Assembly: GCF_039654945.1 (NCBI RefSeq)
Contig: NW_027361794.1
Location: forward strand, 18,104,001 to 18,168,000
Direction: 5' to 3'
Origin: Dendrobates tinctorius
Taxonomy: Eukaryota
DNA: 64,000 nucleotides
Part shown: one piece after another, positions 1 through 10,670 of the stretch
How the letters are laid out: the number at the start of each line of letters is the position of its first letter
Numbering within the stretch: position 1 is the stretch's first letter
Made by a program: the position numbers and the translations under genes
The notes under the pieces: model-generated
Seen by the model: only the letters and a program-made list of their open reading frames with translations
What the model was told of the DNA's origin: nothing
Databases searched by the model: none

Positions 1-580
1 GGTGGTCGACAGGATGGCTTACGCACAGCTGCAAACCTCTGAAGGACCCTGCATCTTGTTGTTCTGTTGTTCGGGGGACGTAGGAGGCACCAGCAGCTTC
101 AAAAACTTGTCTGCTGCTATGACAAGGCATTTTTGCAGCTGCTCTTTTAACCTGCCGCAATTGCCTGTTGGAAAGAGTCCTCAATTTTTCCTTATCAGCA
201 CGCACACGTGTGCTGGGAATCAGCTACATACTTCTTGATTGTGAGATGATCACGATGAAGTGTCTTGGCAATGTTGATTGTAGTCATGCCTTGACCTAAA
301 TACTCCACAATTTGTAGCTTCTCAGCAGCTGACACACCCTTTTTCTTTCCCATTTTGGCAAAAAATGTAGGCTGCTCAATAATGTGGAACAGCCTTCTTA
401 AGTAGTCTTGCCTTTATTTGTACACACCTGCCAAACTAATTTGCACAGGTATCTGCAATTGCTTACAGTGATATAAAGAGCCCTGACACACATCACCATC
501 AATGAGTTTAAATGACAAAACAAAAAAATTCTAACCTTATCACTCCTAAACTCTTTTTACATAATAATTTAGAACACAGT
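1..580 (-). mobile_element. Tc1/mariner remnant (left TIR plus decayed transposase N-terminus), running off the window edge
   Basis: The minus strand from ATG 353 reads MGKKKGVSAAEKLQIVEYLGQGMTTINIAKTLHRDHLTIKKYV, a Tc1-type HTH. The TIR-like sequence ACTGTGTTCTAAATTATTATG reads down from 580. Confidence 0.7.
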
Positions 581-762
581 TTAAAGAAGACTTCTCTGAT
601 GTCTATCAAAATATGCTTTCTGGTTAAAACATTTTGTACAGGGAAAAGGCTTCTTCCCTGTATGAATTTGCTGGTGCTTAACAAAATGTAATTTCTGGTT
701 AAAACTTTCCCAGATTGTGAACGGGAAAAAGGCTTTTACCTTGTGTGATTACTCTGATGATG
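581..762 (-). pseudogene. Degenerate C2H2 zinc-finger repeats (distal tail of the ZNF array, beyond the DIRS insertion)
   Basis: The minus strand encodes HHQSNHT..., FNQKLHFVKHQQIHTGKKPFPC and FNQK-type finger and linker sequence with indels. Confidence 0.8.
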
Positions 763-1025
763 AAAAAAGCCGGATTACTTACCGGTAATGCTCTTTTAAT
801 GAGTCCATGACAGCACCCACTTGGAGAGAGGGATCTGCCCATAGGAACAGGAAACCTACAGAGATAAAAGAGGGCGGTCCGCCTCTCCTCCTCAGTTGGA
901 TTTCAGAGTACCCGGAGGACCGCCAATTATTAGGCCATTATATTATTCAATATTCTAAATTTATTAACTTTACAACTAAGATGGTGTATATCCATTATGT
1001 TAACTTCTAGGGAGGGTTAGTGAAC

Positions 1026-1113
1026 GGGTGCTGTCGTGGACTCATTAAAAGAGCATTACCGGTAAGTAATCCGGCTTTTTACTCTTCGCCACGACAGCAC
1101 CCACTTGGAGAGA
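1026..1113. repeat. DIRS internal complementary region (ICR)
   Basis: 1026-1078 is the reverse complement of the terminus at about 766-818, and 1078-1113 is the reverse complement of the terminus at about 6140-6174. The two are joined as CCGGC-TTTTT-ACTCTTC. Confidence 0.9.
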
Positions 1114-1126
1114 CTTTCAGAGACCT

Positions 1127-2680
1127 TCACCTGGGAGGGACCACCGTGCCGAGGACCGCTCTACCAAAGGCTAGGTCCGATGAGCATGATAAATCAAGCC
1201 TATAGTGGTTATAAAAGGTAGAGGGCGTTGACCAAGTAGCAGCCTTACAGATAGACTCGATTGCGACGTCTCCCCTCTCCGCCCAAGAGGAGGCCATAGA
1301 TCTGGTGGAGTGTGCCTTGATACCCTCCGGAGGATCTTCATTGCTCGCGGAGTATGCCAGGCTGATTGCATCTCTGATCCATCGAGACAGAGTATCGATA
1401 TATTGTAGTACTGCTCTTCTAACATCTAGCGTATGGAACTTTTCTTCCTCTGGAGTAGAAGGGTTACTAAAAAATGAGGGGAGGTGGATCTCTTGTGATC
1501 TATGAAACTTTCTTGCTACCTTTGGTAAATATGAGGGGTCTGGTTTTAATATTAACTGATCCTGGAATGTCAACAGAAAAGGGGGTTCTATTGAAAGTGC
1601 TTGTATGTCACTAACTCTTCTGGCTGAGGTTAGTGCCACTAGCAGTACTGTTTTGAGAGACAGATGTTTAAGGGATATTGAGTCTAATTGTTCAAATGGA
1701 GGGAGTGTAAGGGCCTCTAGCACCAGGTTCAAGTCCAAAGGAGGGACTCTAGGTATGTGTACCGGTTCGCTCCGCTCACAGGCCGAGATAAATCTGGTTA
1801 TCCATCTATTGCCTGCCACGTTATAACTACAGAGGGCCCCTAAAGCCGACACATGGACTTTTAGTGTGTTGATCGATAGTCCTAAATCTTTCCCCTTCTG
1901 TAGAAATTCTAGGATTGCTGTTATCCGGATTTCTCTGGAGCCAGGAGTTGTGTGAAACTCTAGGAATTTCTTCCACACCCTGGTGTAAATTTTCGTCGTA
2001 GCCAGTTTCCGACTTTGTAAGAGAGTTTTGACTAACCCCTCCGAGAATCCTCTTGCTCTCAACATTTCCCTTTCAAGTTCCAGGCCGTCAAGTGGAGATT
2101 GTCCACTTGAGGATGGAAGAATGGCCCCTGCGAGAGGAGCCTGGGGGTTGAAGGAAGCACCCAAGGGTCTGTCACAGACATTGCTTGCAGGCATGAAAAC
2201 CACGGCCTCCTGGGCCAGAATGGCGCTATTAAGATTATTCGTGCTTCCTCCGCCCTGATCTTCCTGATCACCTGCGGTAGTATGATTGGGGGGGAAGGCG
2301 TATGCTAGTTTGAACTGCCATGGGGCTTGGAGGGCATCCAGGATTTCTGGACTGTCTGTCGCATTCAGAGAGGCGAATCTTCGCACCTGCCTGTTTCCCC
2401 TGGTGGCGAAGAGATCTATCTGGGGAAGACCCCATAGTGACACGATGCGTGTGAATATTTGATGATTCAGGCACCACTCTCCTTGCCGTAGTGTATGGTG
2501 GCTTAGAAAGTCTGCTTCCGAATTGTTTTCCCCTCTTATGTGGAGGGCTGAGAGAGACGAAAAATGTTTTTCGGCTAAGGACAAGATCTTTCTTGCGGAA
2601 GAAATTAATGTGACTGATCGAGTCCCGCCTTGCCTGTTCAGATATGCGACCACTATGGTGTTGTCTGCCAGGATTCTCAC
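1127..2680 (-). pseudogene. DIRS RNase H / methyltransferase-like domain fused by frameshift to a tyrosine recombinase
   Basis: RNase H motifs DN..VVAYLNRQGGTRS and HIRGENNSEADFLS. MT motifs IDLFAT...AYAFPP. YR motifs TSARRVSDI and HSTRSMASSWA...ICKAATWSTPSTFYNHY. Confidence 0.9.
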
Positions 2681-2952
2681 GTTCTGTCATTGTAACTGTG
2701 GAAGAAAGTGATATAATGCATGACCCACTGCTTTTAGCTCTTTCAAGTTTGATGAATCCTGCTCCTCCCTTATACCCCATAAGCCTTGGGTGAAGGTGCT
2801 TCCCATATGAGCTCCCCATCCTGTGGGGCTGGCGTCAGTAGTAATTATACGGGAGGGTGTTATTACCTATGGTACTCCTCCCGATAGGTTATCCTCCTCT
2901 AGCCACCATGCTAGGGAGGTTAGGACCATCTGAGATAAGGTGATTTTTTTCC

Positions 2953-4056
2953 TCAAATTCCCATGGTCCTGAGTTTCCTCCAAGAGGATTTGATGCTGTA
3001 ATTCTCATGTGAAATTGGGCCCACCGAACTGCCGTGATGCAGGAAGTAAGGGACCCCAGGAGGGACATTGCCTCTCTTAAAGATGTGTGGTTTGTCTATT
3101 GCTGACCTGACCTTCGTTTTAATTGCTGTAATCTTTACCTGTGGCAGCAGACATTTTTGGCTTATGGAGTCTAGCTGAAGACCCAGGAAGGACTGAACTG
3201 ATTGTGGTTCGATTCTGGACTTCTTGAAATTTATTACCCAACCAAGAGTCTGTAGGGATAAAATTGCATCAGCCACTCGTTCATTACATTGTCTAGTTGA
3301 GTTCCCTATTATCAAAAAATCATCCAAATAGGGAACTATCAATGTATCCTTTTGTCGTAAGAAAGCCATTACTTCCAGCATCACCTTTGTAAAGACTCTT
3401 GGTGCGATGGAAAGGCCGAATGGCATGACTGTGAACTGAAGGTGTTGTATGGTGCCCTCGAGGAAGACCGCCACTCTGAGGTATTTCTGGAATCTGTAAT
3501 GGATGGAAAGATGATAATAGGCATCTTTCAGATCCAGGCCTGCCATCCTACAATTTGGGAAAAGGTGCTTAATTGTAGATCTAATAGACTCCATTTTAAA
3601 TTTATGATTTATTATAAATTAATTTAGTTTCTTCAGGTTAATTATCGTCCTGAAGGAACCATCGGGTTTAGGTATCAGAAAGAGAGGAGCGTAAAATCCT
3701 CTCCCTTCCTGTCCTCTAGGCACCTGGACCAAGACTTTTTTGTTCAGCAGACTGAAAATCTCAGTCTCTAAGGCCCGTTGTTGGACTGGGGAGCTGAGGG
3801 ATGTTACGATGACTGAGTTACGGGGTACATGATGGAACTCTATTTTTAGTCCTTCCCTAATAATGCCTAGGACCCAAGGGCTGGCCATGATTTTCTCCCA
3901 TTCCTGAAGGAAAAATTTTAGTCTCCCTCCTACTGGAGGGACTGGTTCTTTAGCTCCGATCTCTGCGGAAGGAGGATCCTCTAAACATAGCACCTTTGCC
4001 TTTCCCTTCCTTCGTGGCCCAGCGATTTTGATTCTCTGTTGGTCTTCCCCTACCAA
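2953..4056 (-). pseudogene. DIRS reverse transcriptase (disrupted)
   Basis: VGGRL..F..EW, FYAPLFLIPKPDGSFRTIINLKKLN, LDLKDAYYH, MPFGL..APRVFTK and YLDD, broken by a stop/frameshift near 3620. Confidence 0.92.
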
Positions 4057-5446
4057 ATGGTCGTCTCCTAAATGCCCTCATATAAAATGGGAGACAGGGG
4101 TTAGGGAATCCTTTTTTCCTTTCCTTTGCTTTAGCAAGGATTTCATCCAAAGCTTTTCCAAATAAAAACTCACCCTCACAAGGTATGGCACAGAGCTTTG
4201 CCTTGGATTGGGTGTCACTTTTCCAGCTCTTAAGCCACAGGCTACGCCTGGCGTTATTAAGCTTGCTGTTCGGGTTGACATGCGTAGCGAGTCAGCTGAC
4301 GCATCTGCTATGTATGCCGCTGCGCCACGAATCAGTGGTATCACAGCTCGTAGCTTCTCTCTGGAGACTTTTTGTTCTACTTGTTGGTCTAGCTGATCAA
4401 TCCAGACCAGCATAGAGCGAGCTGTGCACGTACTGGCTATTGCCGGCTTAAACGTGCCCGTAGCTGCCTCCCATGCCCTCTTTAGTGAGGCATCCGCTTT
4501 CCGGTCCAGTGGGTCTTTTAGAATCCCTGCGTCTTCTACTGGTAAGGCCGACTGTTTTGAGGCTAAGGCGACTGCCGCGTCGACTTTCGGGACCTTAGAC
4601 CACGTTGACAATTCCTCGTCGCTGAAGGGATACCTTCTTTTTGACGTCGAGGGAAGATAACCTCTCTGGTCCTGCTTCTCCCATTCCTTTCTCACTAGGG
4701 CTTTTATCGCTGGTATAACGGGAAAAACCCTTCTCCTCCTATCTGTCAATCCCGCAAACATAATGTCTTGTGTCGTCTGCGGTTCTTTAGTCTCTGCGCA
4801 TCCCATGGTGTTTCTCACTGATTTCACCAAATTGTCCATGTTATCTAATGGAAAACATGAACGTCCCTTGATATCCGAGGAAGATGATGATGTAGACGTA
4901 TTGGAGCTGTCGGAGACTACTGCTTCGTCCTCATCCGTATCTAAGCTAACTGCAGTCGATTTGTTAGTCTTAGTTTTCTTAGATATGCCACTAGACTGGG
5001 TTAGGGCCTGTAACTCCTCTCTTATTATAGCCCTTATGTCTGTGACTGGTGTTGAAGCCTGTTTTGCAGTCTCATTTATACATTTTTTTGCACAGTCTCT
5101 TTGTAGAAGAGTCCGGTAAGGGACGTGTACAGAGGGCACATTCTTTGTTTTTTGATTTTTCTTTCCTCTTAGCCTACGGTGGACGTAGCAGATTTTTTTT
5201 TTTGGGGGGGAGAGAGAGGGAGATCGAGAGGGAGAGAGAGAGGGAGAGAGAGATTCTTTAACAGCTTGATAGGCAGAGAGTCGTCCACTCACCCAGAGAA
5301 GCTGTAGGTACCGGCTCAGGAGGCTGAGAAGGGGTTCTATTGGCATGGCTTCTGTGGCTCCTATCCGAGGAGCCTCGACGTGAGTGATCCTTGGCTGCCG
5401 CTGTGTCACCTCCCTGGGGCTGCGTGTCCTGTCTTGGGGAAGACAT
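3950..5446 (-). pseudogene. DIRS gag-like ORF (frameshifted, with a probable intron at 5174-5292)
   Basis: Vertebrate DIRS gag motifs KEWEK...KRRYPF...WSKVPKVDAAV and LKDPLDRKAD, plus a C-terminal LFGKALDEIL in a shifted frame. Confidence 0.8.
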
Positions 5447-6175
5447 GTCTGCACGCTCTATCCATATCCCCACGGTTTTTTTATATCCCCTTCAATACCT
5501 GGTACCTCCCCCTCCCAGGTGCGCCTGCCTGCGGCGCGCTCATTAGCCTGCAACCGGCCTGGAAATACAGTTGCCGGCGCTGCTGCATTAAACCATCTCC
5601 TCTTTTTTTTCTTCCTGGAAGGGGTGGGGAGTGCTCTTCCCTGCTGATCTCGCGCGGCTGTGTGACACCGCGCATGCTCAGTGGACTGAGGAACCTCCGT
5701 TAACCCGGAAGTTCCTCCTTGCCTCCTCCCAGCGCTGTATGTGCGTCCTCCCTGATGCTGAGGCCTAGAACGCCGTAGATGCTTCCTTCATCTCGGCTCT
5801 GCACCCCCACACGAACCGGGATGGATGTCTCCAAAATCCCGGTGACGTGTATGATTTACCAGAAAACCCCTGGTCGGCTCCACCCGGTACCGGTGTTTCT
5901 CCTTGCGCTGCCGCTGTCCCAGACGAGGAGGGAGCCGGACTCCAGCACTCCCCCGACGCTGCTTCTGGACCGGAACCCTTGCCGTTCGCACAGTCACTGC
6001 ACAGGCGGTTCCTTGGTCCAGGTATGTCTTCTTTGTAGAAATCCTGTGGTTCCTATAGGAACAGGAAACCAACTGAGGAGGAGAGGCGGACCGCCCTCTT
6101 TTATCTCTGTAGGTTTCCTGTTCCTATGGGCGGATCCCTCTCTCCAAATGGGTGCTGTCGTGGCGAAGAGTAAAA

Positions 6176-6422
6176 GAGATGATTTCTTCACATAACATTT
6201 TCCACCTTCTGAACATGAAAATGGCTTCACCCCTATGTGAGTCCTCTGATGTGTAACAAGTATTGATTTCTCTGTAAAACATTTCCCACATTTTAAACAG
6301 GAAAAAGCTTCTCCTCTGTGTGGGTTCTTTGATGTATAACAACATCTGATCTCTATTTAAAACATTTTCCACATTCTGAACATGAAAGGCTTCTCCCCTG
6401 CGTGAGTTCTCTGGTGCATAAC
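6176..6422 (-). pseudogene. Degenerate C2H2 zinc-finger repeats between the L1 remnant and the DIRS
   Basis: [58 protein letters not shown], with frameshifts. Confidence 0.88.
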
Positions 6423-6583
6423 ATTGGGGATTTATATACCCTATGGATGAGAGGAATTTGGAACATTCTGTGACTCCGACAAGTAAAGTTTAGGTATCAC
6501 ATACAGCATTTTCACCCATTGCTCCTCAAAGGACCCACGTCATCCTCCCATTTTGTCTAAACTATCAAATGTAGGGCCAGTAA

Positions 6584-7087
6584 AGGCCCCGTCACACTAA
6601 GTGATCTCGCTAGCGAGATCGCTGATTTTGTGACACATCAGCAATCTTGCCAGTGAGATCGCTGTGTGTAACGGGGATCAGCGACTGGCCCCACTGCCGG
6701 TTATCGCTGATCGTGCTTGAGCGGCCTGGGCAGTTTTTCGATTGCTGGTCTCCCGCTGCCCAACGCGCATCGCTGCGTGTGGCAGCGAGAGACCAGCGAT
6801 CAGCGACGCTGGTTGCTAATGTAAACGTCGGGTATCCAGGAGCCGCACGGCTCCTAGATACCTGATGTTTACCTTGGAAACCAGCTTGTACGCCGGGTTC
6901 CAAGGTAAACAGCGGGTATCCAGGATTCGCGCAGCTCCTGGATACCCGACGTTTACATTAGAAACCAGAGTCACTCGTCCCGATCGCTGGGGCTGTCTAT
7001 GTGACAGCTCACCAGCGATCAGCCTAACGATGCCCCAGCGATCCCATCATGTCGGATCATTGGACATCGTTTAGTGTGACAGGGCCT
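6584..7087. mobile_element. PIF/Harbinger MITE
   Basis: 17-bp TIRs AGGCCCCGTCACACTAA / TTAGTGTGACAGGGCCT, TAA target duplication (6581-6583, 7088-7090), internally palindromic, no coding capacity. Confidence 0.9.
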
Positions 7088-9278
7088 TAACTGCCTATAA
7101 ATAAGGGATATTAGACCTTTTGTGTCCACCACTTTAGGAATTGTATCTATTGTGAGATCTATAAATCAGTAAGGCGTTTATTCTAGATAGTGTACTATAC
7201 ACATGACGTATTTGCAGATACTGATTAACGACCCTATTTGGAAAGTTAAAAATCGGCCTTTATTTGTTCAAAGCTCTTAAATAATTCATCCCTCAAGATT
7301 TGTGATACCAAACATATACGCTTATCCTCCACTCACTACTCTTTTTTTGCTTTCTGTAGCTCTGGTAAGTTATAGTTGTGCCATATTATATGGAAAAAAG
7401 GGGGAAGGAAAAAAAGGATAGATAGAAAGATTAAGAGGAAGGAGGAAGTATAGATAGTAACGTCTACCTCTCTACCTCCAAGGCATATAGATTATGGATA
7501 TATTGAACACAAAGAAACTGCGAAACAAGCAGACCCCAACTCAAATCCATAACTGGTGTTGTTTTTTTTTTACAGGTGTAAGTCTAACTTTCAGTCCTAG
7601 TGATCCTACTAAGTGGAACCATGGAATACATAGCAAGTAAACTGATACAGCCAGATATCACAGTAATATAATGTGAGCTCAACTTATATGCAGTTCTAAG
7701 ATCTTATATGAACTGAGACATCCTTTATAGTGTGAGAGAGGAACATAAAACTCTATTAAGCTATATGTAATTATATTCTTAAAGAAACAACCAAACATCT
7801 GTAAACTGTCTCTCTCATCAGGGGAGACAAGTTTCATTTCAGAAGCTCATATGATTGGCAGGTTCCTTTCCCATCTGGAAAGTTCCTGATCCATTGAAAG
7901 CCTTCTGCAACGTGCTGGAACTCTCTGTGGCAATGGTGGAGCAGGTGTCCAGTAAGATATATATGGATTCTGGGAATATCCAGGGCATCACAGAATGGTC
8001 TCATGCTGCTTGGATTTTTGAAAATATATGTGGCGCCCCTGAGGGTCCAGTCGCCACAGAGGTATTGCACCTCAACCAGAGGTGTAGTATCCCACCTTTC
8101 AGGTAAGATGGAGACATCTGACCTGGCTATAAAAAAAAACACTGCATCCACCACACACCACAGCAGCAAGTGATGTGCTTCACCATCCCTGCTGGCTAGG
8201 AAAGGGTGTTAGAAGGTGGGTGGAGCTGGAAGGTTGGAGCGGGAGAATAGAAGGGAAGTTAGGATCAGTCTTCCCGTAGAGGAAGAAGGGAAAAGACGTG
8301 CATAGGCAACCTTCCCGTAAGTGAAGGTGGGAAGAGATAGAATTGTACAGCAGACCCCTGCTCTGAGGGACTGCTGGTACGGACTGAAGGACTGAAAGAA
8401 GCTCCCTGAAGGGGATAGGGATTTCCCAGAGGCACTGGTGGAGAGTACTCCCCGTGGGGCTCGTTCCATGCTGACGGACGTCAGGTTGGGGAATTCCAGG
8501 TCGCAGAAGGGTCTCGACCCCTAGCCTAGTGGAGTGGACAACAGGACTCAGTTAGCAAGCCAACAGCTGTGGCAACTTTAGGGGCCACTGCCAATTACCA
8601 CAGTTATCTTCTCCGGAAAGGCAGCCAGAAAGGATCAAGAAAACGTTTTGGGTCACGTTATCTGGCAGGGTTCGCGGCAGCTGGCCTGGGACACTGACTG
8701 TGAGGTGCTGGAAAGGAAGGAAAGTGGAAAGCAGCACTGTGAGATGGCCAGGGAAGGCACATACTGACAGGAAATTCTGGAAAGGTGTTCTCTATCTTTC
8801 TGGAGGTTGGCTGGATCCCTCACCTGGAGGATGTGGCACCAAGCGGGAATCTGTACTGTAGACAGAACTATGAGTAAAGCTTTGGAACTGCACCCAGCTG
8901 TGTCTTCTGCATTCTTCCTGCGTCACATTCTCAGCACTGCTACATCTCTTGCCTAACACTATATCATCACCGTGATCCTCAATTTCTTCTACAACTGCAC
9001 TGGGACTAAGCTCTGCCTGTGGAGAGCTATTCCAACTCTGCTGCATCACACCATCAGTCCCAGAGGATCTGCACTGCAGCGCTGGTCCCTTCTGATCAGA
9101 TACTACAGGTGGCGTCACAAACACTGTATACAAAAACTCTTTATTTTCAATCCCCTGTAAATATACCCCATTTATTGGATGCCCAGGGACACGGACCGGG
9201 TCACCGCCGCAGTGATACTGTCCCTTTAAAAAGCGGCCCGATACAGAGTACCCCACGGCTCTGGTGGGCGCTCCAACT

Positions 9279-9296
9279 TGGTGTCACGAACAGGAT
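9279..9296 (+). promoter_or_regulatory. Primer binding site complementary to the tRNA-Ser(CGA) 3' end
   Basis: TGGTGTCACGAACAGGAT lies 3 nt after the LTR-terminal CA. It matches the complement of ...ATCCTGTTCGTGACGCCA (vertebrate tRNA-Ser-CGA, from recall) with one mismatch. Confidence 0.8.
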
Positions 9297-9660
9297 TTCG
9301 ATGCTCGGTGTCACTGGGTCCTGTGTGCCAGAAATTTGACTGTACTGAGAAATAAACCACAATGGGCAAACCACAGCACATTTATTGGACTATGATTTTG
9401 ACTGTAAAGATGGCTGCTATGGCGGTCCCACGAGGTGTGCGGTGAGGCATGCCATCGTGGGCGGTACCCAAGAAAGAGCGTGAAGCAGCATGAACCTCCC
9501 CTGCCTGTACTTCTATGCAACTGCATCATGGCCGACAGCCAGAGGGGTCTGGATCTTGGCCTGGTATTGCAGCAAAGGAAAAAGACACCGCCGCCAGGGG
9601 GTGAAGAGAGGCCCCACGGTGGGAAAGAGAGCATAGGAGAAGCCAGTACACCAGGAGGCC

Positions 9661-10670
9661 ATGATGGAGAGCAGAAGGAGGCCTGTGAAGTGCGGTGGAG
9701 AAATGCAACTTTCTCCCGACTCTGTGCAATCAGGCTCCGGCCCCTCGGAGTATGTCAACCTGGAGCAGGAAATTGAGGAGCTGAACAGGAGTCTGCATCA
9801 GTGGCAGGCTCTCCTTGCGCAGAAAAGACAGGCTGCCCATGAGGAAACTGCCAGAACACTGGTACCAATGCCACCGGTACCCACTCCCAGTTCCAAGGTA
9901 CCACCACCAATGATACCCACCGCCAGTTCCCAGGTACCATCTTCGCCGGTACCTGCCGCACCAGTCTCTCCGTCACCGGAGCCTGTGAAAGATGACTGCG
10001 GCCCTGGAGGAATAGGTACGGTCAGCGCCCCTGGGACAAGGGATGCCCTGCTAGGCTCCATCGGGTTACCACCGACCAAAAATTCCGGCCAGGTCGTCAT
10101 GGACATCGCGGGGGACCGGAAAGCTGCGCCCAGGGGAGGGATCCTGGAACCTGTCCCCATAATGCAGTCAACTCCCGCAGCATGCAACAGGCTGGAGATG
10201 GCCGGGTGGGAGGGGAGGAAGAGGGAGCTGATGTCATGGGGTTCCCCATCACCACACAAGAGTTCTGCCATAGGCAGATACTTACATTTGTGCAGGAAGA
10301 GTGGGAGCGACAAAGGCAGAAACTGGCCTTGGCGGAGCGTAATCTAAGGGGCAAGATCCAGGCCCATGGTGAGCATTTGGAGAACTGTAATCCCATGGGT
10401 TGGGGCAGAGTCCTCTGCTTCGACCTCAGAGGATTCGGGTTCATCCAGGACTCCAGAAAAGCTCCCAACCTATTTGTGAACAGGCGGGATGTCGAAGCTC
10501 ATCTCATCCGGGGACATCCGGAGCGCGATCTGTTCCCTCACGAGTATGTCTCCTTTACTCGCCATCTTGGAGACAGGAGATGGTACGTGCTTCATGTCCG
10601 CAGGATTCCCGCCGAGCTGATAGCTCCACAGGACCACCAGGGGGCAACAACTGAGGCTCCGTCAGTGTAA
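9661..10670 (+). pseudogene. LTR-internal ORF: coiled-coil, Pro-rich linker and cold-shock domain (two overlapping frames, probably one frameshifted gene)
   Basis: LEQEIEELNRSLHQWQALLAQKRQ coiled coil and a Pro/Ser-rich tract. Then GRVLCFDLRGFGFIQDSRKAPNLFVNRRDV...EYVSFTRHLGDRRWYVLHV (about 10401-10604), with CSD RNP1 (GFGFI) and RNP2 (LFVN) motifs at canonical spacing. Confidence 0.78.

Larger units (their letters stand above)
764..6175 (-). mobile_element. DIRS1-like tyrosine-recombinase retrotransposon, near full length, decayed
   Basis: Inverted terminal repeats (about 805-898 vs 6070-6162), an internal complementary region at 1026-1113, and gag, RT, RNase H, MT and YR fragments in the expected order. 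T-tract termini with no TSD. Confidence 0.95.
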
